NCBI RefSeq assembly: GCF_006345805.1
Contig: NW_021835336.1
Coordinates: 1 to 40,974, forward strand
Source: Octopus sinensis
Lineage: Eukaryota
Length of the DNA stretch: 40,974 nt
Direction: 5' to 3'
This document shows positions 14,385-28,322 of the stretch, in pieces. Both the position numbers and the translations under genes were made by a program. Below the pieces are notes generated by a model. It was not told the DNA's origin. It saw only the letters and a list, made by a program, of their open reading frames with translations, and searched no databases. The number at the start of each line of letters is the position of its first letter. Position 1 is the stretch's first letter.

Positions 14385-14560
14385 CTATTTCGTCTGTCTT
14401 TACGTTCTGAGTTCAAATTCGGCCGAGGTCGACTTTGCCTTTCATCATTTCGGGGTCGATAAATTAAGTACCAGTTGCGTACTGGAGTCGATCTAATCGA
14501 CTGGCCCCTTCCCCCCCCCCAAAAAAAAATCTCGGGCCTTGTGCCTAGAGTACAAAAGAA
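14385..14560 (+). mobile_element. SINE family A, 5'-truncated, third tail type; first unit of a head-to-tail dimer
   Basis: Core GTCGACTTTGCCTTTCATCATTTCGGGGTCGAT; tail CGGGCCTTGTGCCTAGAGTACAAAAGAA. Confidence 0.88.
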
Positions 14561-14760
14561 ACGTTAGCACACCGGGCGAAATGCTTAGCGGTATGTTGTC
14601 TGTCTTTACGTTCTGAGTTCAAACTCCGCCGAGGTCGACTTTGCCTTTCATCATTTCGGGATCGATAAATTAGGTACCAACTGTGTACTGGGGTCAATCT
14701 AATCGACTGGCCTCCTCCCTCAAAATTTCGGGCCCTGTACCTAGAGTAGAAAAGAATATT
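14561..14760 (+). mobile_element. SINE family A, second unit of the dimer
   Basis: Starts at ACGTTAGCACACCGGGCG directly after the first tail; same CATCATTTCGG variant and the same tail type. Confidence 0.88.
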
Positions 14761-15341
14761 TTATAATAACTAATGTTTTTTGTGATTTTAAATTCGTCCT
14801 GTTATTTAACGTACATCATCTTTCACCTCTCGTCTTTGAATATCTTTTCTGTCTCACTCTTACACCTTAGTAAACTCCACTTGTATTTTTAAAATTTTAG
14901 TGGCTAATGAAGGTTATTATTTTCAATATTGTTGTTGTTGTTTTTGCTGTTGTCATTATTTTTGATTTGTTGTTATTGTTTATTTTTGCCGCCCATTCAA
15001 GCGTTTACAGAATTACGCTTGAGTGGTAATCTCTTACAAATTTGCTTTATGCAAAATTTGTTTTAACACAGAAGTGGCTTCGGAATACTTGACATCCGCC
15101 CTTTCATCAGGGTCGAAGAAGAAGGCTCGTCATTAGACGACTTATTGTGCAAATATTTTGGTAAAGGTCCATTTTGTTTTGTTTGTTATTGACTCAGTAT
15201 GAATAATTCTGCAGCAGAATTCGCTGGCTACAAAGGAATAGTAAGAAATACAGCCCTCAGATTTTAGCGTATACAGACAGAGAAAAAAAACGCACGTATA
15301 TATATATGTATATATATGTAAATACATATATATGTACATAT

Positions 15342-16668
<1,327 letters not shown>

Positions 16669-16685
16669 TATATATATATATATAT

Positions 16686-17848
16686 CAACAATGCGGAAAT
16701 TTTATTCATCAAAGTAAGCAACATTACAATCAGCACATTTTTGACAATGAGTTACAAGTTTGTTTATTCCGGTAACATAAGAATCTGAAGTTCTGGAGCT
16801 GATGAACTTTTTTGAACGCACTTTCAGCATCGGTTTGATTTTTAAACTCCTTCTCCCGCAGGAAACCATCAATGTGCTTGAAAAAGTGGTAGTCGGTAGG
16901 AGAAAGGTCTAGGGAATAAGTTGGGTGGGGAATAACTCTGTAGTCAAGTTCCCTCCGCTTCTGGAGTGTCATTAGTGAAACGCGTGCTCAAGCGTTGTCA
17001 TGAAGAATGATTGGCCTGCTTCTGTTGACCAGTCTGGGACAGAAGAGTAGCAGTTTTTCGTTCATTTTGACAATTTCATGGCAATATGTATCTGCAGTAA
17101 TGGTTTATTCAATGTTTTAAGAAGTTGTAGTGATTGAGTCCAGCAGTACACCACCAAACAGTCACCATAACCTTCTTTTTGAAGAGTTCGGGTTTAGGAA
17201 AGGTTTTCGGTGCTTCATTTTAGTCCAACCACTGCGAAGAAATTTTTCTTTTTTTTTTATGCTTGTACAGAATTCACTTTTCATTGCAAGTTACAATATG
17301 GTCGAGAAAAGGATCGGTCTGGTTTCGGAGAAGAATCGACGAGTAAATTTCATATCTGCACATTTTCTGATTTTTATTCAAATTGTATGGTACCCATTTG
17401 TCGAGTTGTTTTGATTTTCTGATCACATGCAAAGGGTTGCAGACAGTTTTCTGGCTAACTCGAAGTTCTTTTGCTTCTTGAGTGGTTTATGTGGATCTTT
17501 CTCAATGATGGTCTTTAATTGACCGCCAATCGATGACAGATGGGCGTCCACTACGCTCACGGTTTTCAAAGCTCAGCTCTCCACTGCGAAATCGCTTAAA
17601 CCATTTTCGAGCTGACCACTCAGTGGTCATTTCCTCACCAAACGTTTTGTTGATATCACGAGAAGTTTCAGCTGCTTTATATCCTTTTTTGAAGTTGAAT
17701 AGCAAAATTGCTCGAATATCGCGCTTTGATAGTTCCATTTCAGATGACTGTAACAACGGTGAAAAAAAAATCAATGTTAATTTATTGATGCATTTGGGCA
17801 AGTCTACGTCTGTATCATGAGACAATTGCAAAATTTTGCCAACTAAAC
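16686..17848 (-). mobile_element. Mariner DNA transposon, Hsmar1/cecropia-subfamily-like, defective
   Basis: Decayed transposase on the minus strand. TIR remnants are weak (CAATTGCAAAATTTTGCCAACTAAA near 17823-17847; AATGCGG near 16690), so the ends are approximate. Confidence 0.82.
16701..17738 (-). pseudogene. DD34D mariner transposase pseudogene (Hsmar1-like)
   Basis: MELSKRDIRAILLFNFKKGYKAAETSRDIN...ERSGRPSVID, WVPYNL, IVTCNEKWILY, KKKVMVTVWW, ILHDNA*...HPTYSLDLSPTDYHFFKHID. I count 34 residues between the HDNA Asp and the SPTD Asp. It has stops and frameshifts. Confidence 0.93.
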
Positions 17849-18176
17849 ACACGTGCTACGCGCTCTGTTTTCACTTGTTTATTATTGTTCTTATTTTATG
17901 TCCATTGTCTAGAGATCTTACGTCACACATCTGTCACCTCTTAAGTGACTCTCTTTCCTACGTGTCTCCTATTTTCTGTCTAGTCAATGTGTGTGTGTGT
18001 ACGTGTATCTGCGTGTCTATGTGTGTGTGTCTGTATGTGTGCCTGCGTCTCCGTGTCTGTGTGCTCTTGTATTGCTATCGTTTCCATATATAGTACAAGT
18101 TTGCTACTTTGCCCCTCTTCTTAAAAAGTGCATTCACTATTGCCTCCCTCGGCCATTCTTAGTCTCTCTCTTTCTT

Positions 18177-18209
<33 letters not shown>

Positions 18210-18887
18210 TAAGAATATTGCTTGTCTTTTACTCTAAACACCATCTCTGTACACGCTAATCTTCCGGTCTATAATGAACCCCAACTCCAAGCCCACTACA
18301 TACACCACAGATGTTGATAAATTGCAGTTACGCGGAATACGAACAGAGAAATAGATCATGCAAATGAAAAGAACTACGATTGCAGGAGCAAAAAAAAACA
18401 ACATCAGTAAAAATAACAACAACAACAACAACAACAACAAAAATAACGACTGCAACAGAGACAAGAACAACACAAAGCAACGTGTTGAGTACGAGATTAA
18501 CGGTTAGGTGTAAAGAAAAAACAGAAAAAACATCTGCATGCTTATACACACATACATACATACATACATACATGACATACATACATACATGACATACAGT
18601 CATGACATACATACTCGCACACATATACACATATACACAGACACACAGAGTATACACATATATGTTTATAGACACACTATATCTGTAAAAACACATGTGT
18701 ATACATACATACACACACTCACACACAAACACACACATACACACACACACATACACAAATATTTACATATACACACGCACGCAGACATATGCATGGATAT
18801 ACTCATACGCATACACACACATATATGCATACATACATACATGCATACATACATACATATATATATGTATGCATATATATGTAATAT

Positions 18888-18957
<70 letters not shown>

Positions 18958-19049
18958 ATATATATGTATAAAACATATATATAAAAATACAAAATGGGAC
19001 AAGAACGCAAAACACTCAAGAGACGATACAAAAAACAGATGGGTCATTC

Positions 19050-19277
19050 TTTTTACCGGTTGCGCATTTGTTATGCTTATCAAAAGATATTTTTTAAGAG
19101 AGATAGAGTTCCTTTCTGATAGATTTTTTTCTCTTATCTGTATCTGTATTTTTTTTCTCTTATCTGTATCTGTATTTTTTCTCTTATCAGATAAGAGAAA
19201 AAATCTATCAGAAAGGAACTCTATCTCTCTTAAAAAATATCTTTTGATAAGCATAACACATGCGCAACCGGTAAAAA
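19050..19277. repeat. Near-perfect palindrome / possible TA-flanked MITE
   Basis: 19050-19140 is the reverse complement of 19188-19277 with one substitution and a 1-nt T-run difference. The spacer holds tandem copies of TTTTTTCTCTTATCTGTATCTGTA. TA|CCGG...CCGG|TA ends. Confidence 0.85.
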
Positions 19278-19394
19278 TAACTTTACACCTAATTAAATAC
19301 ACTCTCCCTTACTTAATTATTTTGTCAGCATTTTCTTCATTTCCTTTTTTATATATCACAACTCGTGTTCCACATCTCCTTTGTAAATATATAT

Positions 19395-19442
<48 letters not shown>

Positions 19443-19499
19443 GTGTGTCTGTGTTGTGTATACAATCATACTTGTACACTATGCAAATACGTAAATTAA

Positions 19500-19955
19500 C
19501 AAACAGGTCAGAATTACGACAGCAACATCAACTACACCAAGAACAACATCATTATCATCATCAACAGCAACAAAAAGAGAGAAACATGCTAAGATGTAAC
19601 TAACTACACTCATAAATAAAAAGAAAGTAAGTTAACAAATAATTGAAGAATAAAAATAGCAATTGCAATAGCATTAGCAACAACAACAATAACAACTGTA
19701 ACAATTGGAACAGCAACAATGGCAACAGCAGTAGTAAGAACAGCAACAACGATAATAATAGCAACCAGTGGGAGAGGAACAGAAAAACCAACAATAGCAA
19801 AACCGTTAGCAACAGCAATTATAATAGCAACAACAACAACAATGTTAAAACCATTAGCAATAACAATAATGGTAGCAGCAGTAGTAATAGCATCTACAAT
19901 GATAGCAATAGCAGCTAAAACAACAAGAGTAACAACAGTAGCAACAGCAACAACG
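19500..19955. repeat. Cryptic (AAC/AGC/AAT)n simple repeat
   Basis: Visible directly; produces N/S- and A/T/I-rich pseudo-ORFs. Confidence 0.85.
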
Positions 19956-19956
19956 A

Positions 19957-20360
19957 GGAGGCGCAATGGCCCAGTGGTTAGGGCAGCAAACTCGCGGTCG
20001 AAGGATCGCGGTTTCGATTTCTAGACCGGGCGTTGTGTGTGTTTATTGAGCGAAAACACCTAAAGCTCTACTCGGCTCCGGCAGGGGTGGTGACGACCCC
20101 TGTTGTGCTCTTTCGCTCGAACTTTCACTCTTTCTTCCTGTTTCTTGTCCCCGACTTCCTACGCAACCGCTGAGCCTGGATGCGCATTCATCCATCCGTC
20201 GATGCTCTCGGTGTCGGGGGTTGACCTGCTTTCTCTCTTCTGCAGATCTTACGAATAGCAAAGGACCACGTTTCGGACTTCTCCCACTACAGAGGCGCGA
20301 TCTTGCGAGCTCTGGGACGAAGACCGCTTCGCTCAACAAACAAACAAACAAATAAACAAA
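19957..20360 (+). mobile_element. tRNA-derived SINE, family C (tRNA-Arg-like head), (ACAA)n tail
   Basis: GGAGGCGCAATGGCCCAGTGGTTAGGGCAGC...GGTTTCGATTTCTAGACC contains A-box and B-box motifs. The first ~200 nt are shared with 32882-33265. Confidence 0.85.
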
Positions 20361-21085
20361 CAGCAACAACAACATGACAATAGCAACAGTAGTAACTGGA
20401 ACGCCACCATCAGCGGTAGTAAAACCGTAAGCAACAACAACGATAGCAACAATGACAAAAGTAAGAACAAAAGCAGCGAGAAAAACAAAAACAAGAACAT
20501 CTGCAACAACAACAAAAACAACAACAACAACAACAGCAATGACTCACACTCACATAACATCAACAACAACAATAACAAGAAGAAATATACCCTACGAAAG
20601 AAGTGTAAATAAAAAAATACATAAAAACCATCCCAGAAAACAGACTTGGTTCTGGGGGTCGAGATGTTATGGCAGGGAACAATATTGGCAGAAGACAACA
20701 GAACAAACACCGTGGTAAGTAAAAGTAATATACAAGCTTGTTCTTCATTGATGATGAGGGGGAGGGCAGGGGCAGGAGATGTGGTGGTGGGGGAGGAGGA
20801 GAGACGGTCAGAGATCGATAACAATATGTCAGACACTGTTAAGGTGCCAAAATCGTTCTTTGATGGGAAACAAAACAAAAATAAATAAATAAATAGATAA
20901 CAGAAAGAAAAACCGAAAAAGAAAAGCAAAATGTATGGAGATGACTTTATGCCAGTGAGTTGAGTTTATACCGACAGAACACAACCGGCACCAACCAGGT
21001 AACCAGGTGTAAACCAGTGTGTCTGCGTCTGAAGTGTGTGTGCTTGTATATATACGTACTTTTATATATATGTGTGTGTGTGTGT

Positions 21086-21140
<55 letters not shown>

Positions 21141-21332
21141 ATATGTATATAATATATATATTATTGTGTGTGTATATATATATATATATGTATGTATGTA
21201 TGCATGTGTGTATATAGGTATGTGTGTGTGTATACGTATACAATGTAGGTACATGTACATATAGATATCGACATATACATATGTGTATGAATATATATAT
21301 ATATGTGTATGGGTGTTTATACATATATATAT

Positions 21333-21379
<47 letters not shown>

Positions 21380-22236
21380 TATATTATATATATATCATAC
21401 AATGTATACATGCATATATACATGTATACATAATTTATACATAAAAATACATGCATATATATATATATATACATATATACATATACGAGTGCATGTATAT
21501 ACACACATGCGCGCACAAACACACCTACACCTACATATACGCATACATTTCTGTACGCACTTATATACGTACATTTATTGTATATATATATTTGCATATA
21601 CTCATATGTATGGCTGTGCACATGAAAGTACATACACACACACACAGACATATATACATACACTCACACACTTCATACACCATACATACTTCTTTATTTA
21701 TTTACGTATTTATTTTATTTATTTATTTTATTTATTTATTTGTATATGTAACTTAGTATGTGTAATTGTAATTCTAGCAAATTTCCAACAAGTTTCCATA
21801 AGCTCTATTGTAATATACAGGTCTTTGTAAATATTGTACAATGTAATATTACATTATATTATTATATTCAATGTTCAATGTTCAACGTTATGTTTAAATC
21901 CATGCTTTTGTGATACGGAGGATGAAAATTTATAGAAATATGCAATAATAGATATTATTTTATGCGCACCCCCTCCACACACATGCAGTATGTATGAATG
22001 CATGTATGTATGTATGTATGTATGTATGTATATTCTTCAATGGAAATTGCATCAAATTTCTTGTTGCACTGGTTTCATGTTGATGGTTTGGTCAGCAATT
22101 ATCAACTGGAAACACAGAAGTTTGAAACGCCGCCATGATTGTTGAGAACATATATATATACACACATATATATATATATATATAATATAAATATATATAT
22201 ACACATATACATATACATATATATATATACATATAC

Positions 22237-22288
<52 letters not shown>

Positions 22289-23638
22289 TAAACAAATAGA
22301 TTGATTAGATAGATAGACAGGTAAATAGGTAGGTAGGTATGTATGTATGTAGGTAGCTATGTAGGTAGGTAGGTAGGTAGGTAGGTATGTAGGTAGGTAT
22401 GTAGGTAGGTAGGTAAGTAGATAGGTAGGAACGCTGGTGGTTAGATACACACACTTATTTTCACACACATACATGCATATTTACATATGTTTCTACATAT
22501 GTACAATCTATCCGTCGGGCTTCCATACAATTTTCATATACACAGTTTCATTCCAAGCTTCAATCAACTTTCCACTATGGCCTAAAATACTAACCTAATA
22601 CAATACAATTGAACACAAAAACTCATTATGTCGAAGCGAACTACATAACGACTCGTTTATGCTTGGCTTTCACATCAACTATAATACAACAGCTAAATCT
22701 TCCGAAATGTGACTATAAACGTGGCAAAGCATGAATTACCAAAGACGGAATATGGTGAATGGCTAATAATAGCAGCCAAAGATCCTTCAAACCAGGCTCT
22801 AATGTCTCAGAAAAAATTAGGGACTATTTGTATAACGTGGTTCTCGATAAGCATGTTTGAATGAAACATGGAATGGTAATTGCTAGGGTAACTTTCGTCA
22901 TAGGTCTTCTGGATCAGGAATTTACAAAGCACAAATAGTCGCTCTAATTGGCCATTAGACGTGACAGAAATAGCAAGCAAGTATTCCTCAAATTAAGCAC
23001 TAACGACTTGAAATGTACTCCTTGGTATATAAAACTGCTGTGCAGTCATGTTTGAAATGACTTTGGTAATAGATTATCGCAATCAAGTTTGACCTGGTGT
23101 TAAATAACAGTAACAACAACAACTGTAGATTCACTATTATGAAAGAAGAATGTAGGAGTTCAAAGTTTTGATGACATGTAATTTGAATTTATGAAATTAA
23201 TGCTATTCATACACACCTGTGCACACCTGCACATTACTCTACACCCCTTTACATCTATTCATAACTATAGAATAATCAAATTGATGTTAAAATATTCATT
23301 CGCATGGAAGTATCCGGAAGAAAACTTTTTTTTTAAATTCCAAAAAAGCTATGCACGTACACACCCATAGACTTCCCATATTCTACAAAACAGTATGCAA
23401 GCACAGACGCCACCCATACATACCAGGCGAGGGAACAAAAAGCGGTTGTCATTACAACAGTTTTAAAATGCTGAGCACTCATCAGCCAATTATAGAGGTT
23501 TTCCATCAATACAAAAATGTTCATATCAAGTGGCAATATTATAGAGAAGGTAGATATATAGACAAAGATGAGGATTTAAAATTTAAGAACATTTGAAGTA
23601 GTGGAGCCCATCAACTGACTGACTGAGATTCAGTTGTT

Positions 23639-23646
23639 CCAGACGA

Positions 23647-23687
<41 letters not shown>

Positions 23688-25030
23688 AAAGATAGCCTGG
23701 ATCAAATCCTTGATTTCAAAAGAGTGCTCAACAACATACACAGCAATATACAATTCACTATGGAACGCAACAGTAAACAACTTCCTTTTGTAGACATCTT
23801 AATTAGAATAGTTAACAACCACATAGAAACAGACATTTTTTATAAACCCACAGATTCTAAACAATACCTATTATTTAACTCCTGCCACCCCAAACACATA
23901 AAAATCAACATACCCTTTAACCTAGAGAAAAGAATCTGCACCATAGTTTCCGATACATACACTCGAGAACATAGACTCCTTGAACTTAGATCTACACAAA
24001 CTAAAAGACATTACCCAATCTCATTAGTAAATGAAGGCATCAAAAGAGCTAAGGAAATAGATATACAAATGTTAAGGAAAACTAGCCGAAATACTAAACA
24101 AGATTTAGAAATACTCCCGTACATTTCCACACATAACCCCAGAAACAACGAAGCCTTCAACATCATCACCTAAAATCTTCCCATCCTCACAGCAGACAAA
24201 ACAATGAACAAAATTTTAAGCTCATATAAAATTATAAAAAGCAATAAGCAACCGAAGTCACTGAAAAAAATACTAACCAGCGCTAGACTGTATCCACTAA
24301 CAACAGAGCCAAAAGTGACTAAATGTGGACGTTCTAACTGTGGAACATGCCCCCACCTTCTGGAGGGTTCAGAATTTCACTTCAAACAAAGAGAAATATT
24401 TAAGATCAAATCAAATTTCACCTGCGCCTCAGTAAATGTAATCTATGTCATGACATGCATAGGATGTGGTAAACTCTATATTGGACAAACAGGAATTTCG
24501 CTCCATCAAAGAACCACCGTTCACAAAGGGAAAATCCGCAACCCACAATACAGGCAGTTAAAGGTGAGTGAACACACAGAAAGGTGTGCCAGGAATCTTA
24601 ATCTCAATTTCCAAATCTTTCCCTTTTATCAATGTTCACAGAACACCACAATTCCACAAAGGTTGAATAAAGATGCATTTTTCATCGATAAATTTCTTCC
24701 ACAACTAAATATGAACACACAACTCAATACAGAACACCACTAACTCTTCAATTGAAACCACTAACCCCAATACGCTTCCTACACCACTCACATCTCTAAA
24801 TCCAGAACTACTTACCTCCCTTACAAATACTCTTTTTTCTCAGGAACTATTAAACCTGACACCGTGTATTAGCCGGTGTTTTCAAAGCGATGTTTTGCCG
24901 AGACCATGGTTCGCTTCGTTCTCTTACTTTATTATCATCTTATAATCATCTCATAATAATGACTTTTATGACTCTTATTACTACCTCAGTCCATCTAAAT
25001 GTATATATTTGTTGTTACCTGTCATAAAAA
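23639..25030 (+). mobile_element. 5'-truncated Penelope-like retroelement (PLE-1)
   Basis: RT C-terminus and thumb plus GIY-YIG, followed by about 280 nt of presumed 3' UTR before (TA)n. The 3' boundary is uncertain. Confidence 0.85.
23642..24746 (+). pseudogene. PLE RT-thumb/GIY-YIG pseudogene
   Basis: GAC GAC TGT (DDC) at 23642-23650, then (TA)n, then IQFTME..LPFVDILI..FYKPTDSKQYLLFNSCHPKH. One in-frame TAA at 24171-24173. Then KCGRSNCGTCPH, FTCASVNVIYVMTCIGCGKLYIGQTG and the H-containing GIY-YIG C-terminus. Confidence 0.92.
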
Positions 25031-25160
25031 GCTTTTTTTTATTTGCAATGTGCATTTTCATTAATTTTTCATATTTTACCCTTATTTTCTTTTTGTAACA
25101 TATTTCTACTAAATATATATATATATATATATATAAATATATATATATACATATATACAT

Positions 25161-25218
<58 letters not shown>

Positions 25219-25287
25219 TTGTATATATATAAATATATATATATATGTATATGTACATTTATATATATATGCGTGTATATATATATA

Positions 25288-25322
<35 letters not shown>

Positions 25323-25834
25323 GTGTGTGAGTGTGTGTGCGTGTGTATGAATTTGTATGATTGTGTACAAAACAATATATTAATCAATGAAATTCCAACA
25401 AACTGGTTTTCATGTTTTATTATTTCCAACTTTTAGAATTTTACAATATTGAAATAAACTGGGATTTTCATGCGTAACGCAATCGTCAGGTTTATGTAGT
25501 GAGAGTTATGTGAAATGTTCCTTGCTTTGAATTAGGCCTTCATCTTTCCTTATCAATTGCGTTACTTGCTTAGTTATCCCTCTGTGCATATGTTTCATGA
25601 TGGGGTTCACAACCGTATACGCCTAGGAAAATTCATTCACAATGCATCAGCTCGTTCTGTGCTGTATTGGAAGAGAGTCGTGCAATGGGATTAACCCGAA
25701 ACCACTTCGTAAAGTGAGCATCTTCACTACACACACTCACATGTATCAAAATCGAGAAATAAACAGTCTGAGAACAGCCAGACAGACAAGCAGACACTCA
25801 GACAGACACACATACAGACAGATAGGTAGGTAGG

Positions 25835-25944
<110 letters not shown>

Positions 25945-26220
25945 TGCTTCTTTATTAGCCACACAGGGCTGGACACAGGCGGGGCAAAGTAGAGCTTTTC
26001 TTTTTGGGGAGAGAAAAAATGTGGGGTAGGTTTTCGATCAAAAGGGATCGTGGAAAGGAAAAAAAGAAAAGAAAAATCGATCAATAGGGATCGTGTATCA
26101 CAGAAATGTCATGATGTAAAATGTAAAGGGAGAAGCAGATAAGGTTTATCCATGGAAAGAAAATCCTGCGGAAAAGACCACGGTAACCTCGGTCAATAAT
26201 GTCACATGTTAACACATTTA
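25945..26220 (-). mobile_element. Possible 3' end of a LINE sharing its terminal ~43 nt with SINE family A
   Basis: The reverse complement ends TTTGCCCCGCCTGTGTCCAGCCCTGTGTGGCTAATAAAGAAG followed by (TATC)n, but the upstream sequence is not SINE-like. No ORF is present, so LINE identity is inferred. Confidence 0.45.
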
Positions 26221-26256
26221 TTTGCAAGTAAGTAACTCTCTGTTTTAAATTTTTTC

Positions 26257-26290
<34 letters not shown>

Positions 26291-26700
26291 CAGAGAAAAT
26301 GATCAAAGAAATTCACATTTTAGAACGTAATGACAATGGTAAGCAGAGGATGATAAACTAAGTGAGCAGAAATTGATACAATTTCCATACAAATCGGACA
26401 ACATGATACATCTAACAGTATTTTAAAAGACAATGTCAGGTTCCTTTTGAACATCCGTAAAATATAACACATTGAATAGTTTGTAAAGACCTGTTCCTAT
26501 GCATAAATGCATACACAAACACACACATACACATAAACGCACAAATATATGTGTATAGACACAGCAGCAGAAAAAGGAAGAGATAGAGATAGAGAGAGAG
26601 AGGAGAGAGAGAGAGTTAGAAAGCGAGGAACATTCACAGCTAATGCTTTTATGTGTTAAAGCTCAAAAGAGGAACGTTATAAAATGAAAGTTATCGAGTA

Positions 26701-26740
26701 AACGTATTACGTTTCGGACAAGGTTCTTCGTCGGGTCTAG
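26701..26740 (-). ncRNA. Degenerate hammerhead-like motif (probable PLE pseudo-LTR remnant)
   Basis: The reverse complement is CTAGAC CCGACGA A GAACCTTGTCC GAAAC GTA ATACG. The core order is right, but U4 is C, helix II pairs poorly and helix I does not pair. Confidence 0.3.
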
Positions 26741-26910
26741 AAAAGAAGAGAAAGAACTAAGAAAAAGCATATATGAAGAAAAGAACGAAAAACCAGGAAT
26801 GTACGTATGAGTGTAATCTCGGTTTAATGAACGAAAATATATAATTATTTGTATAACTAACATATGTGAATATATATAAGTTTGTAAGTATGAATGTAAA
26901 TATATATATA

Positions 26911-27244
26911 CTCTTTACTCTTTACTCTTTTACTTGTTTCAGTCATTTGACTGCGGCCATGCTGGAGCACCACCTTTAGTCGAGCAAATCGACCCCGGGA
27001 CTTATTCTTTGTAAGCCCTGTACTTATTCTATCGGTCTGATTTGCCGAACCGCTAGGTGACGGGGACGTAAACACACCAGCATCAGTTGTCAAGCAATGC
27101 TAGGGGGACAAACACAGACACACAAACACATGCACACACACATATATATACGACAGGCTTCTTTAAGTTTCCGTCTACCAAATCCACTCTCAAGGCATTG
27201 GTCGACCCGGGGCTATAGCAGAAGACACTTGCCCAAGATGCCAC
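26911..27244 (-). mobile_element. SINE family B, tRNA head missing
   Basis: The reverse complement has GGCATCTTGGGCAAGTGTCTTCTGCTATAGCCCCGGGTCGACC (CORE-like TTGGGCAAGT motif), an internal GT/AT repeat, GATAGAATAAGTAC...GGGGTCGAT and a (GTAAAAGA)n tail. A further tail fragment lies at ~27566-27613. Confidence 0.8.
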
Positions 27245-27738
27245 ATATATATATATATATATATATATTTGTGTGTGTGTGTTCGTATGTGCATGCATGC
27301 AAATGCACACACGTACACAAATATAAACATGTAATGAACATTTTTCTATATATAGCTACTTCCTCTGCTCTTCGCTGGTTGGTCTTAATTGGAACGTGGT
27401 TGACTTCTACAAGGTCTGGCGTTTTCATGGGTTTCTTTTTGTTTAGTCTAGCTCTATTGAAGTTCGGGACGATGAATTTATTTTCAAGCAGTTATGTGCT
27501 AAACAAAGACATACACACTCAATACGCATGTTTTATACACACACACACACACACACACATATATATCTTCTCTTTTTTGTAGTTTCAGCTCAGAGCTGTG
27601 GCCATTCTGGGGCAATATATATATATATATATATAATTATTGTGTAGTAGTAAAATCAATACCACGTGGAGTCTTTTATCTTTGAAACTTGTTCTTATTA
27701 CACACACACACATATACACGCATATATATATGTATGAT

Positions 27739-27805
<67 letters not shown>

Positions 27806-27806
<1 letters not shown>

Positions 27807-28322
27807 CACAACACACACAACCTATACATACCAATACGTATATACATACTAATACATACTAATACATACACCAACCCCATACATACGCACGTCCAGACCA
27901 ATCTTACGCACTAATACTCTCTCATACACACACACACACACACACACACCCTTATACATACTAATACATACACCAACCCTATACATACACACATCCAGAC
28001 CCCTCCCACACACTTTAGCTGGTCCCTCAACCCTTTTATCAACCCTATTATCTCCCCTTATTTCGCTCTCGCGTCTCATGTTTGATTTTTGACCTCTGGC
28101 CGAAATCAGATCGCCATGTTTGATTCGTTAGCTACTGCACGCATTTTTTTCTCTCCTTTCTGTGTTTTCTCTCTCTTGTATCTTTCTGTTGAAGAGCGTA
28201 GGCTCGAAACGTTAAAGACTTCTTTTATTTATATTTCCTGAGCGCCATACTAATACAATTGTTCGTTTGTTTTCACCTGCCTTCGTCTTTTGTTTATTTT
28301 CATAAAGCTTCCCGTTATATAT
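27806..28322 (+). repeat. 5' pseudo-LTR of PLE-2
   Basis: Near-identical to 32338-32858 (CCTATACATACCAATACGTA ... CATAAAGCTTCCCGTTATAT). Confidence 0.93.
28181..28218 (+). ncRNA. Minimal type I hammerhead ribozyme motif (5' pseudo-LTR)
   Basis: TCTTT | CTGTTGA A | GAGC gtag GCTC | GAAAC GTT | AAAGA: 5-bp helix I, 4-bp helix II, loop-less palindromic ACGU helix III, cleavage triplet GUU. Core A6 is replaced by U. Activity is not shown. Confidence 0.8.

Noticed and set aside
15085-15120. Minus-strand CTGATGAAAGGGCGGATG...TCCGAAGCC and nearby small hairpins (14997-15035)
   Set aside because: GAAG instead of GAAA, extra bases after the core and no cleavage triplet; the hairpins are short enough to arise by chance.
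19957-20035. tRNA gene calls at SINE heads (also 32882 and 34290-34366)
   Set aside because: The acceptor stems are not complete and each head runs into a SINE body, so they are tRNA-derived SINEs, not tRNA genes.
20636-20888. Candidate 78-nt exon ending GTG|GTAAGT and the 80-aa ORF
   Set aside because: No polypyrimidine tract, low-complexity surroundings and no recognisable protein.
22500-23125. Very decayed matches to SINE B and to short pieces of other repeats in the window
   Set aside because: Similarity is too patchy to set boundaries or a family by eye.
23351-23596. ORF with GTK and RYID words just upstream of PLE-1
   Set aside because: Spacing and context do not fit RT motifs (no MG..AP..ANLF, no DD), and the DDC lies further downstream in another frame.
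25656-25718. 63-nt AG/GTGAG-bounded candidate exon
   Set aside because: Weak acceptor, unrecognised peptide and no supporting neighbouring exons.
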